A stretch of 64,000 nt of DNA from Chiloscyllium plagiosum (taxonomy: Eukaryota). Positions 37,411 through 49,925 of the stretch are shown in pieces. The notes beneath the pieces are model-generated. The model ran no database searches. It saw nothing but the letters and a program-made list of their open reading frames with translations, and had not been told where the DNA came from. The stretch is from the NCBI RefSeq assembly GCF_004010195.1, contig NC_057719.1:43711685-43775684 (forward strand). Direction: 5' to 3'. A program made the position numbers and the translations under genes. Each line of letters starts with the position of its first letter. Within the stretch, counting starts at the first letter, position 1.

Positions 37411-40400
37411 CAATTTTGTTAGCATGCAGTGAGAAGCAGGCTTTTGGACTTTCTCATGATATCTCCCAGTCTCGTCTCACCATCACTCCACCGATCTTCT
37501 CAAAGACTTTCAGGTTAAAAATTCAAAATAATGCAAAATTTTCCACTTGTAGCCACCTTCTTTTCTCCTACACCCTAAACGAGAAAATTTACATTATAAT
37601 CTTTTGTATTCTACAAGTTGGCCATTACTTTTTTTTTCATTTTACTTTTCCAAAGCTGTTTTTGATTAGTTTTGTTGAAAGTACCCCTGAAATTAGTGTC
37701 AAGTCCTGAAATTAAGGAAACAGATTGTAGAATACTTCCACATAAACTATTGCCAAGTGAAACTAATGGAGCAATGTTCTCCAAACTTCTTACACTACAA
37801 TTTAATTGGCATTGTTTTAGTTTCCTTCCCAAATAGAATCCTAATAATCCCATTGTGACAACAAATGCAAAATGGAAAACATTTACACATTTCTAAATTT
37901 AACTTTAGTATAAAGCTCCATTTTAAGTCGTCAGACAAAGCCTGCTGCAAGAAATAAGCAAAAAAAAAGCACATGGCCTTCTGTACAAAATTTTAGGATC
38001 AAATATACTTTACACATTGTTCTTATACATTTCCCATAGTCTACTGCATAATTATTTCTTTCACATAAACAATTACGCTTATGAGATGTCTGGTACCCTA
38101 ACATTGCTCAAAACACAGGGTCATAGAGTGCATTTGCACCCAAAATGGAAACTTCAACTACTCAGACAACCAGATAAAAAATTTTACCCCATAAGTTGAA
38201 CTGACGAAATCTCTGAGGAGCTGCTCCTCCAATTATAGGTTGATTCTTGCCTACATTTGCAGCTTATTAATAATGAAGATGGGAGAGCAGGCTGTATTTG
38301 AAGGAGCACTGAGCATGCTAAGAAAGAAAAGGTAAGTGAGCAGTCATGTTGGGAGCACCATTCGTAAGTTTCATAGTAATGAATATGATCAACTGTTAAA
38401 TTTAAACTGGAGAGTGACATCAGAGATGCATAAAAGTAAAGGTAAAACTGCCTGGTTAAAGTTTTTTCAGCTTTTGTGCTTATGATAGAAGCATGTCAGC
38501 TGTGACTTCACGAGTCTGTGGAAAGTATGTTTAGCATAATGGTTTGGTTTTGTGTACAGTACCATGTGTCAGTTAAAATGAAAACTTCTGTTGCTAACTT
38601 ACATCTACTGCTCTTTGCTATTTCAAATACTGTAGTGTCTAAATAGCGAAATGTATTGTATGTGTTCTGGCTTTAATTTCAGTGGATGGCTGATAATTGA
38701 CATCAATCATTTTACCTAATTCTGCTTCTGTACAAGATCAAACATTCCATGAGTCCACACAAATACAGGACCTGTTACAATATGGCAACATCAACTAATA
38801 AAAGAGTTACTGGAAATGAAAAGGAGCCCCTAAAAAACAAAAAGTAACCCATAAGCAAACCTTAAGAGCACCTTGCAAGTGCCCGGTCTCTCAATCTTCC
38901 TTGAGGGAACGAATATTCCATGAGAAAGAGCTGCATGCTTATGAACAGCTTCATCAAATGTAAGCATTTCTTCCATGACTGTACATATCTTTCTATCAGC
39001 TTATAGAAAGGCATGGCAGGAAGACATGGTCTCTCACACAATGGGGAGGCAGAGAGAAAAACTGGATGTTAGCATTCTGAACGTCAATCCAAACATTAGG
39101 TCTATTCAGAATAGAGCTTGAATCCAGTACATAATGACTCAGATGTGGGATGCTACCACTAAACCAAAGAATTGTTCACCTCAGTGATGTAGGAGAATAA
39201 TTGGTAAAGATTGTGTCTCACACCCTTTAAATAACTGCAAAACATAAACCAGATCAGAGACAATTTGCTTACTAACCCTAAGATAATGCTGAAATGGTGA
39301 GTATTTAACAAAATGAAAGAATCCACAACCTTCCATAACACACCACCATAAATTAAAAACATGTAAAACTGGTTTTGCAGGTACATTCAGGTTGTGGTGT
39401 AGTGAAGGAGAACAAATTTAAAGAGCAAATTTAAGATAATTGTTTAATTTTGAGTAGGAAGAGATCAAATTTCGACTGAAGCTTCAACGGTGTGCACATA
39501 ATTCAGAGGCATTATCTTCAAAAATAAAGATTTCTCAAACAAAAGTCTAAAATAAAGGTTGCTAGAGGACCTGCCATTCTTTTCTAGTTATAAACAGCAG
39601 GAATATTACAATTTCAAATACATACAAACTGTAGACAATACCAAGTGCAATGGAAACTTTTGTTGCACATTTTGGTATTGGTGTAAAAATTCTTGAGGGA
39701 AGCTTCCAAATACTAAAAGTAGAAAATGCATATCAGATATTTACAAAATGGACTTTCTCCAATATCTCAAGTCAGACCTAAAACCTGAAAACTTTGTTCG
39801 ATACTTGATTATTGACCTGTGCATGATCTGGACATTTGATAGGCTTCCGGTTTGTAAATAGATGACTGTTGAGACCAATCTGCACACAAGAGGTTTCTGC
39901 AGAAAATCTAACAAGATGTCACAGACAATTGAGTTTTGGTCGAGTTGATGGCTCAGGATTTCTTCGTATTTTCTCACTGACTCATATGTGCTTGCTTTCA
40001 GTGAGGGCTGCACCTTTTACTTCATTTCTTTAGCTCCAACAATTTTGGGTGAACTTCTCCCAAAACTCAAATTCAATATAAAAATCTTGAGCAAAGTATT
40101 CAGAGTGGCCGGAGTACTTTCTCTGACCACCACTAGAATTGAGATTTCCATAGAAAATGGAGTTTGATAAACAGGTGTCAGACCTTTAGCTAGATAACCT
40201 GCTCAACTTAGTGTGATTCATGGGATTTGGGCATTACTGGCTAGGAGAGCATGTATTGCCCAACCCTAGTTGCCCTTGAGAAGGCGGTGAGGAGCTACCT
40301 TCTTGAAATCTGCAGCTCATATGCTGAATGGATCCCATTCTAGAATTTTCATCCAATGACACTGAATGAATAGCAACATATTTCCACGTCAGGATGTGCG

Positions 40401-40759
40401 CGCCATGGAGAGAAAATGGCAAGTGGTGCAGCTCCCATGTATCTGGTGCTCTTATCCATCTAAATGATCTTGGTCATGGATTTAGAAGGTGGTATCTAAG
40501 CAACCTTTGAATTCCTGCAATGCATCTCATATTTGGTAAAACCTGCTGCTATTGAGAGTCAGTGGAGGAGGATGTGGATGTTTATGAATGTGGTGCCAAT
40601 CAAGCAGGCTGCTTTGTCCTGGATGGAGTCCTGGATGGGGTGTGTTCTAACAGACTACTAACTTGTGCCTTGTAGATGGTGAACAGGCTTTGGAGAGACA
40701 GGGAGTGAGCATTACTCGCTGCAGGATTCCTAACTTCTAATCTGTTCTTGTAGACACTT

Positions 40760-40986
40760 CGAGGAGAAAGTGAGGTCTGCAGATGCTGGAGATCAAAGTT
40801 GAAACTTTATTGCTGGAACAGCACAGCAGGTCAGGCAGCATCCAGGGAACAGGAGATTCGACGTTTCGGGCACAGGCCCTTCTTCAGGAATCATTCCTGA
40901 AGAAGGGCCTGTGCCCGAAACGTCGAATCTCCTGTTCCCTGGATGCTGCCTGACCTGCTGTGCTGTTCCAGCAATAAAGTTTCAAC
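40760..40986. mobile_element. Mini Penelope-like insertion forming a perfect palindrome
   Basis: TSD tcttgtagacactt at 40746-40759 and 40987-41000. Arms at 40797-40891 and 40893-40987. Confidence 0.93.
40893..40928 (+). ncRNA. Minimal type I hammerhead ribozyme motif (mirror copy on minus strand at 40856-40891)
   Basis: ATTC-CTGAAGA-A-GGGC-ctgt-GCCC-GAAA-C-GTC-GAAT: stem I ATTC/GAAT, 4 bp stem II, loopless palindromic stem III (ACGT), GUC cleavage triplet ending at 40924. Confidence 0.75.
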
Positions 40987-42217
40987 TCTTGTAGACACTT
41001 TACTTATATGGTTAATCCAGTTCACATTTTGGTCAATGATCATAACAACAAAGTTGTTGCATGAACTAGAGAACAAGTTCACGTTACGTTGTATGCCCAT
41101 CTCTAAACTGATAGCTAGTGTAATCAGTCTGTCATTAATAGGAAATCATAATACCCTAGGACAGCTTAGTCTTTACAGAGAATCATTTCAGAATGAGCAG
41201 GTTCCCATCTTTGATACTTCTGATTCTGATATAACGATCATCATGTAATGTATCAGAAAACACAATAGAGTAAAACACAATGAAGAGGGTTGACACTAAC
41301 AGTATAGCCGTGCATAACTGTATTAGTGACTGAATAGGTCAAAGGCTCATCATCCACAACATGCATAAACATGCTGTAATGGAACTGTTCAACAGTGGAT
41401 GCTTTCTGTAAGGCAGTCTAAAATTTCCATTACATTCCACAGGCCCTCACAACTCAGATCAACAACAGTGTTAGAGTTGATGTCCCTTTCTTGAAATTTT
41501 TACTGGAGATGTCCAGCTGCAGACATCAAATCAGGTGTCTCCTTGACCTTTGCTGAAACTGCACTAGCTCACCATCAGAAAGATTCCTGGTCAAGACATT
41601 ACACTTGGCAGTCCGTATGTTTTCTGGCAAAGATTTTGTTAGTGGTGCAGAGGAAAAAAAAGTGTGTTTTCAGCTTAAACAAGTGGACAACTGAAGCATC
41701 TTTGTATTCTTGCAGGATGATTTGCTGCTCCCATGCTGGCTGAAAACTTTCAATAAGTTACTTGAGCAGATATTAATTGCTGGCTTTTTAAATGTCGACT
41801 GTGATAGCATTGATTCATGGAGCTCGATTGTGTGGCTGAAATTCAATTGCATTCTGATGCAGCCAAGTGACACAATATTCCAAAAGAGGCAATTTCATAA
41901 TTTAGCTTCAAACCTTCATTCATAGTGGGACACACAAAGAACTCAGCTAGCAACCTAAAACTTGGCATCATTACAACATAAGAAAATATCTCACAAATGA
42001 TGGCCCTAAGATAACATGTTGAAACATGTTATTATACACTTCTGGAGCAGGTAGGACTTGTGCAGGTAGGGGCAGGATTATAGATATTTTCTAATTAACC
42101 TATTCAGAGATGCCCCATTATATGCACCCGCGCAGATAGCACTTCAATTTGGGCTTCCTGGCTCAGAGATAGGGAGGGACATTATCCACTCCACCATAAG
42201 AACACTTGGGAATAGGA

Positions 42218-42341
42218 AGTACACTAGCTTTCAGAGGAGCAACGCTCCGAAAGCTCGTGTGCTTCCAATTAAATCTGTTGGACTATAACCTGGTGTTGTG
42301 CAATTTTTAAACTTTGTACACCCCAGTCCAAATCTCCAAAT
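42218..42341 (+). mobile_element. Mini Penelope-like terminal-repeat insertion of a different subfamily, with short 5' inversion
   Basis: TSD cttgggaatagga at 42205-42217 and 42342-42354. ggagc-aac-gctcc-GAAA stem remnant. ggaagtacactagctttc is inverted against gaaagctcgtgtgcttcc. Confidence 0.75.
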
Positions 42342-42899
42342 CTTGGGAATAGGACTGCTCATCATTGTTCATGATCCAGTATAACCCCTCTTTACCCCCG
42401 TCAATTAAGATATTAACTATGGCTCAATTTAAAAAGTGTAAAAGGCCATCATAAAATCTACACCAGGTACACTAAAGAAAACGTTATCAAGCTAAATGAC
42501 ACTACATACTTAGGATGACTGCTAAACTCCAAAAGGGAGCCAAAAATAGTCCCTGTTCTTCATTCTTAAAGCAGAAATCATACATATTATTACTTTTATA
42601 TAATCTGCAATAACTATAGCTACAAGATAGAAGACTTCAAAGCTACCTGAGATAAAGCTCATGAGCATTTGAATATATTTGGTAGTAGCTTTTGTCTAGC
42701 AAATATCTGCCCAATATACAGAAATAAAAGACATATAATGAGCCATAAAATCAGGAAGAGACTATTTAAATGAGAAAGACCAGGAATTGTGCTTAAAAAT
42801 CAAGAGAATGAAGGGAATAAACTGGACATACCTTCACTGGAAGAGAGAGCTCGAGTGGTGATACCATTGCTTTGTTAGGATTCTGAGACAACTACATCA

Positions 42900-43260
42900 T
42901 GTCGAGACACAGGAACAGGAGTAAGCCATTCAAACTCTTCAAACCCATCCCACCATCCAATGAAATGGTGACTGCTCTGTGCCCCTGGTGCATCCACACA
43001 TTTCAGCTTAACATCAATGAGTACTTGATTTAAAAAAAACTGTCAATCTCATCTTTGAAACTTTCAACTGACTAAGCCGCACAGGATTTCTGGAGTTCCA
43101 CTACCCTTTAGGTGAAAAAAAAATGCTTTTTGACATCCTGGCTAAGGCTTTTGAGATTGTGCTGCCTGCTGTGCTGCCTGCTCTGGACCCCATCAGAAAA
43201 GCAAATAATCTCCCCCTTTACCTATCAACTCCTCTAAGCATGATAAAAGATTTCAATAAC
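42900..43260 (-). mobile_element. Old CR1 3' fragment
   Basis: gacacaggaacaggagtaagccattca... matches CR1 tail type. Confidence 0.55.
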
Positions 43261-43269
43261 ATATATTTT

Positions 43270-43660
43270 GCAGTATCTTTAAAAATTAAACCATCCCAAG
43301 GCAGTAAAAAGGAGCTTTCATAAGGTATGCCACTGAGCCACAAATGAGATGAGATTAGGTGACCAAAGAATTGGTCAAAGAGGTAAGTTTTCTGAAGTGC
43401 CTTAAAAGAAAGACCAAGGCAAAGAGACAGAGTGGCAGAGGAAGAGAATTCCAGAGTCTGAGGCTTAAGCAACTAACGGCATAGCCACTAATGATAGGAC
43501 ACTGATGAATTGAAATTTTCCATGGTCCAGAATTAGAGAGGAGCAGATAAATTGGATGGTCATTGGATTGGAAGAGAAAACAGAAAAGAGAAGCAGGATC
43601 ACACAGGAATTTGAAAACAAGGATGACAATGTTACAAAACAAGCTGCTCGTTAATCACAA
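43270..43660 (-). mobile_element. L2-like LINE 3' fragment
   Basis: ggtgaccaaagaattggtcaaagaggtaagtttt...gaattccagagtctgagg; reverse translation gives LWNSLP and FRKLT remnants. Confidence 0.6.
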
Positions 43661-44254
43661 ACCAAACAAAAAGCTCTTTACATCTTTGTCACATTGCTAT
43701 GCAAATTGTGAGGGCCAAAAAGAGCTGCAACAAACCCAAAGTTTGCAGACCAGAAGTACAGACAATGGCTGTAGGGAGGACAATTCAAAACTAAATTTAT
43801 AGAAAAACAGTTTCAGTAGGCAAAAGGTTAATTTATGGCACAGGGTCTCTTGGGAAATGGTGGAAGTAAGTAGCCCTGATAACTTCAAATTAGGAACATT
43901 TATTTTGGAATACCATATGTGCACATTGAGACAAGCTTGACAGACTTGTAATGTCAGTATAGGCATGATGATATTACAAATTTTAGGTTAGCATCTTCTA
44001 AAATGGACTCTGATGAAACTAGTCAGATGTCCTTTGCAACTCTAACACAAACTATCGAGTTTCTGGAAGGGTCCAAAACTGAATAATGGGTGGGAATCTT
44101 CCTGTTCAAGGACATACCTCAACAGCACTCCAAAACATTCCACAAATCAACTGGCTCCAAGACTATGTTCCCAGCTTTGCAACATAACAAATGAATGCCA
44201 AGACTAGTAACCCACAAGCTAAGTGTGAAAGGCCACTGTCTGTTTTCTATTATG

Positions 44255-45047
44255 GAGATCAGAGTCAAGATTAGAGTGGTGCTCGAAGAGTACAGCAGGT
44301 CAGGCAGCGTCACCAACCTCCGCATAAACCGCATCATCCGCCAACATTTTCATCACCTACAAACTGACCCCACCACCAGGAATATATTTCCTTCCCCACT
44401 CCTATCCACTTTCTGCAAAGACCATTCCCTCCGTGACTATGTGGTCAAGTCCACACTCCCCCCACGNNNNNNNNNNNNNNNNNNNNNNNNNNNNNNNNNN
44501 NNNNNNNNNNNNNNNNNNNNNNNNNNNNNNNNNNNNNNNNNNNNNNNNNNNNNNNNNNNNNNNNNNNNNNNNNNNNNNNNNNNNNNNNNNNNNNNNNNNN
44601 NNNNNNNNNNNNNNNNNNNNNNNNNNNNNNNNNNNNNNNNNNNNNNNNNNNNNNNNNNNNNNNNNNNNNNNNNNNNNNNNNNNNNNNNNNNNNNNNNNNN
44701 NNNNNNNNNNNNNNNNNNNNNNNNNNNNNNNNNNNNNNNNNNNNNNNNNNNNNNNCTCATGACCTCCCCACCTGCCAATCTTCCTTCCCACCTATCCACT
44801 CCACCCTCCTCCCTGACCTACCACCTTCATCCCCACCTCCATCCATTGTACTCTTAGGTACCTCCTCCCCAGCCCCTGCCCCCAATTCATCACTCCACCC
44901 CAGAGACTCCCTGCCTCATTCCTGATTAAGGGCTTTTGCCCGAAACATCGATTTTCCTGCTCCTCGGATGCTGCCTGACCTGTTGGGCTCTTCCAGCATC
45001 ACTCTAATCTGACTCTGATCTCCAGTATCTGCACTCCTCACTTTCGC
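44255..45047 (+). mobile_element. 5'-truncated Penelope-like element with inverted 5' terminal-repeat piece, spanning an assembly gap
   Basis: TSD ctg(t/c)tttctattatg at 44240-44254 and 45048-45062. 44255-44308 is the reverse complement of the 3' repeat. INRIIRQHFHHLQTDP ORF remnant. Confidence 0.88.
44467..44755. other. Assembly gap (N run)
   Basis: N characters. Confidence 1.
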
Positions 45048-45534
45048 CTGCTTTCTATTATGATTAATGGCTATTAATCATGTGACTGAAACTTGTTCTG
45101 GTGTGGAAATGCTTGCATTCCAAAACTCAAAAAACACCTACAACATTCTACAGATCACACTGACAAGACACCCAGCTGCAGAGAAAGGACAGAGACCGAA
45201 ATCTTTTAAAATATCTCTTAGCCCAATTCCAAAGCTGCAGTTTCACCTATCAATAAATTGGACCTCTGCTACAACAGCAATGCATGCGCCTGACTAGACG
45301 ACCTGCTGACTAGTTTTTACTTCAAATCAACCCGGCTATCAGAACTTACCCAAAATACAAGCGTGGGGGAGAAAGGTTGCCTCCTCACTAGATTCTCAAA
45401 GACATGAATTGTTAACATTCTTTTGGCTTAATACATGTAGATGTGCACTGCCTTCCACAATTCCATATGTGGCATGAGACTGACACAGCATTCAAATCTT
45501 GTGGAGTTGAGCACATAAATAAAGAATCCTTACA

Positions 45535-45828
45535 GGCGACAAGATGGCACAGTGGTTAGCATTCCCGGGTTCAATTCCAGCCTTGGGTGACTGCCTGTGT
45601 AGAGTTTGAGCATTCTGCCTCATTCCTCAAAGTCTAAAGATACAGAGTTTAGGTCGAGTGGCCATGCTAGAAGTTGCCCTGTAGTGTACAGGGATGCGTA
45701 GTCTAGGTGGATTAGCCATGACAAAAAAGTGGGATTATGGAAATAGGGTGGGTCTGGGTTGGATGCTCTTCAGAGGGTTGGTGTGGGCTCATTGGGCCAA
45801 ACAGCCTCCATCTGCACTGTGGGGATTA
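45535..45828 (+). mobile_element. HE1-like V-SINE (decayed)
   Basis: ggcacagtggttagc...gggttcaattcc...tgtgtagagtttgagcattct. Confidence 0.82.
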
Positions 45829-45837
45829 GTCAGTCGT

Positions 45838-46155
45838 AGATTAGATTACTTATAGTGTGGAAACAGGTCCTTTGGCCCAACCAAGTCCACACCAACCCTC
45901 CAAAGAGCAACCCACCCACACCTATTCTCCTACATTTACCCTTTCACCTAAACATTATGGGCAATTTAGCATGGCCAACTCACCTAACTGCACATTTTTG
46001 GACTGTGGGAGGAAACCGGAGCACCCGGAGGAAACCCATGCAGACACAGGGAGAACGCGCAAACTCCACACAGACAGCTGTCTGAGGCAGTAATTGAACC
46101 CTGGTCTCTGGCGCTGTGAGGCATCAGTGCTAACCACTGTGCCACTATGCCACCC
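45838..46155 (-). mobile_element. HE1-like V-SINE
   Basis: Full head, V-domain and tail ending in (aatct)n on the reverse strand. Confidence 0.9.
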
Positions 46156-46270
46156 AGAGATGTACAGCACAGAATCAGACCCTTCAATCCAACTCATCCA
46201 TGCCAACCAGATATCCTAACCGAATCTAGTCCCAATTGCCAGCACTTGGCCTGTATCCCTCGAAACCCTT
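46156..46270 (-). mobile_element. CR1 3' UTR fragment
   Basis: Closely similar to 15760-15805 joined to 16954-17020. Confidence 0.75.
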
Positions 46271-46309
46271 TTACTTTATCAGAATGCACAAAAAAAATTT
46301 AAAACAGGG

Positions 46310-46900
46310 TTCTGAATAAAGCAGATATTTGAACATCTCCCCTGTGACATAGAATAAAACATTGAAGTTACACTGCATCTTTATAAAACATTCTTTAGGC
46401 CCCAAATGGAGAACTGTGGCCAATTCTGGACACAAAACTTTAGAGATGGCGCAGAATGATATCTTCAGTTAAGTGGAGGAAAAAAAAAGAGAGAAACCTC
46501 AAAAAAAGTTCCCTTTAAACAGAGAACTTTAAAAAGGGGACATTAGCTAGAGACATTTGAAAACTTGAGGCATTTTGATAGAGAAAATAAGGAGAAATGG
46601 TTTCTAATGGTAGACAGGCAAGTAACCAAAAAAAAACCAGATTAAAGCAAGAGAAGACACAAGGGGGAAAAAAACCACTATAGAACGAGTTATGGTAATG
46701 TGGAAGTCATTTCCTGAAAGAGTGGTGAAAACAGATTCAATAGTCATTTTCAAAAGGGAATTGGTAAGTACATTAAAAGAGGAAAAAAACTGCTAGGTCA
46801 GAGGAGAATAGCTGAGAGGTGAGGCTAAATTAGCTCGCGCTCTCAAAGAGCCATCACAATGGACAGAATGGTCTATTTCTGTTTATTATATGATCCATTT
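46310..46900 (+). mobile_element. Old CR1 3' portion
   Basis: ttaggccccaaatggagaactgtggccaattctgg is a degenerate RPHLEYCVQFW motif, followed by a CR1-type UTR. Confidence 0.6.
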
Positions 46901-47425
46901 AGAACTTTGAGTATGCTTTTCGAATTCTTAGTAGCACATTTAATATACAACAGTAATGCTTGTTTCGACTGAACAATTAACAATAGAATGGTCATTCAAT
47001 TCTGCCACCACTGGTGGCAGTGTAATAAGCATCAGTTTGCCATTTTGTTTTCATCTTCACTGCAAGATTAATTTAAAAATGTAATGCTCATGCCAAGTTA
47101 ACATTATGCATTTTGTTAGTTTATTTTAACCCCTTTTCTACCTTCCCACCTCAAAATCAGAGGACCTTTGTCTTCAGTCCTACTTTTCACCAACTTGTTA
47201 TGGTCACAATTACTTAACACTATTTTAGGCCAAAGTCAAAACAAAGAATGCAGCTCAAAGACAAAATGCAAAATTTAGTGAAGAAAAAGATCAAACAATG
47301 ACAGATCAGTGATTAGGTGCTTTAGACAAACAGCTCTTTATTCAAGCTAGCCACCAGCCATCAATTTGGTTCCAATTTTGGCAAACATCAAAGACAATTA
47401 TCACGTACTATAAACATCAAGTACA

Positions 47426-47748
47426 TGGGATGGCATGGTGGCTTAGTGGTTAGCACTACTGCCTCACAGCGCCAGAGACCTGGGTTTGATTCCCACCTCA
47501 GGCAGCTATTTGTGTGGAGTTTACACATTCTATCCGCGGGTCTGCGTGGGTTTCCTCCGGGTGCTCTGGTTTCCTCCCACAGTCCAAAATGTGCAGGATA
47601 GGTAAATCGCCTGCAGTGTTAGGTGCCGTTTATCAGAGGTAGTAAATATAGGGTAGGGGGAATGGGTCTGGGTGGGTTACTCTAAGGGTTGATGTGACTG
47701 GTTGGGCCGAAGGGCCTGTTTCCATACTGTAGGGAATCTCATCTAATC
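47426..47748 (+). mobile_element. HE1-like V-SINE
   Basis: tggcttagtggttagcactactgcctcacagcgccagagacc...gggccgaagggcctgtttccatactgtagggaatct. Confidence 0.9.
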
Positions 47749-49049
47749 TCTCTGCAGATTCTAGCAGTATGCAAGTGAGACTTAGGGCCAATTAAGAAAT
47801 GTCTGCTTATTAACAAAAGGGGGGAAAAAAAGTACAGATGCACAATGTTGAATTTGGATGGAAGCGTTGCAGGAATGGAGAGGAACAAATAAACATTCAG
47901 AGAAAAGCAGCCATTCCAAATAGAGACAGGAGAAATTGTAAATGCTACATAAGGAGGCCACACAAATCACTAATGGGGTGATAGATAGAAGGCAATGCAT
48001 ACATGTATCACAATCAGTAGAATATCAAGTCTGCAAGATAGATTAGAAACAGAAGAAGCCAGGAAAGTCTATGTGTACACATTTCAAAGCAAAAAAGAAA
48101 TTGCAGGAAGATGGAAGCAATGGACTGGAAAAAGAAAGGTGAAAACCAATATTTGGTTAGCCAGATTAGTGCCAGAGAGCCAGGGAGAACTGCAGAACAA
48201 AAGCACAATCATTACAAGAAAATGTCTCACTATGAGTAACACCAATGGCAATCAATAAACTGCACAAAGTGCAGAAATAAAGCAGCTACAGATGATAAAG
48301 CATGAAATGAGGGGTGAAAGACCTCTTCCTGAAAATGGAAAAAAGGGCTAAAACTAAAAGTGATGGGTTATCAGTTGCTCAGTTTTAAATGATCCAGAGT
48401 GGACAAATGCAGAAAATAAAATGCCTTAGAGTTGTTACAAATGCAAAGTTTAATAAAATGATCATGTTGCAGTTGCCTTTTTAATTCAAAGTAAAATAGG
48501 ATCTGCTATGAATTCTACCCAACAACAAGCTTGCATGGTTTGGTCCCATTTGTGCAAGGATAAACATCTGAAAACAAAGGTGAACCAGCAGAGGGAGACA
48601 GGGCCAGTAAAAGGGAGAATGCAAGATTCAAGAGAAAATAAAAAGAGAGCAATAAAAGAAAAAAACAGTAGCTGTTCAAAGGGAAACTGTTTAAACTGTT
48701 CGATTATCAGACAGACATAATGCTGGAGAAAACTGGTGTAATGATCATAGGGAAGGAACCCACCGCTAGTCAACGACATAGAAATATTATTTGCTTAGAC
48801 CAGGAGAAGGAATTCAATGGGTGCGTCAGTTCTGGGATTCGCAGGAGGCCAAAAAAAGGACCTTTGACAATTATGGAATATAATGACTCAGCAAAATGGA
48901 AAGAAGTTGGAAGTTGAGTGTAAGTATGGATTATTTTCTACAAAGGATATATTTCCGTGGACAGCGAGAGTACTGGTCATGGGATTATTGGCCCAGTAAG
49001 GCACTAACAACGTTTATCATCTCTGTAGTTGAGTTCGTGGGTCACCTAT

Positions 49050-49342
49050 AATGCAGTTAGCACTGCTACTTCTCAGCACCAATTACCCACCCGATTCCAG
49101 CCTCAGGTGAATGTCTATATGGAATTTGCATGTTCTCCCCATGTATGTTTGTGTTTCCTCCTAGTACTCCAATTTCCTCCCACAGTCCAAACATGTGCAG
49201 GTTAGGTGGACTAGCCATGGTAAATGCAAAATTACGGGGATAGGGTGGGGGGTCGCGGGTCTGGGATGCTCGTCAGAGGATCAACACAGACTCAAGGGGC
49301 TGAAGGACCTCTTTCTGCACTGCAGAGATTTTATGATTCTCA
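49050..49342 (+). mobile_element. HE1-like V-SINE (decayed)
   Basis: V-domain tggaatttgcatgttctcccc...ttcctcccacagtccaaa. Confidence 0.8.
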
Positions 49343-49689
49343 TGTTAAGGCGATAATGCTTTTGTTGCATTACTGTAAAGGTTTTAAGCCTTGAAGTCTT
49401 CTTGTGCAATTCCCTTAAATTGATCAGTGAGAATTTAACAAAAAAAAACAAACAAAGTCTCTACAGAAATCGTTACAGATTTTTAAGAATGCAGTGAAAC
49501 CAGATTTTTCAATATATAAAAAAAGAGCAGTGAGGTCAAATACAAAAAGCACATTTGGACTCAAAAATATAAAACACTGAAGCTGTGTTCAAACCAATGA
49601 AAGACACTGTTCAAATTGGTGAAGCTTGAGTAATTATCAGCTTGTTAGGAAATAAAAACAGAACATCATTCATGCCAGAGTGGAGCAGG

Positions 49690-49925
49690 AAACAGCTAAG
49701 ATAATGAATCTGCGAAATTCTTTACTGCAGAGAGTTGTCAAGGCTAGGTTATGGAGTATACTGACAGCTGAGAGACAGATTTTCAAATCAGTAAGGGAAT
49801 CAAGGATTATGAGGGAAAAGGCAGGGAAGTATAGCTGAGGGTTATCAGATCAGTTATCATCTCATTGAATGGCAGGAGCTGGATCATTAGGCTGAAAGGC
49901 TTACTTCTACTCGTTTATGATCTTC
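49690..49925 (+). mobile_element. CR1 3' end fragment
   Basis: Similar to 29915-30136 (aatcaaggattatgag...ttgaatggc...ttatgatctt). Confidence 0.7.

Larger units (their letters stand above)
40215..41060 (-). mobile_element. Old CR1/L2-group LINE 3' part, interrupted by mini-PLE
   Basis: ccctagttgcccttgagaaggcggtg...ttcttgaa tail is the reverse of the 2060-2345 copy. Sequence resumes after the TSD at 41000. Confidence 0.65.

Noticed and set aside
38100..38720. Repeat-free stretch with a strong plus-strand donor-like AG|GTAAGT near 38331
   Set aside because: No recognisable ORF or matching acceptor; an antisense exon or enhancer cannot be supported from sequence alone.
44195..44857. Long ORFs across 44.2-44.9 kb
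   Set aside because: Open only because they run through the N gap; the flanks are PLE sequence.
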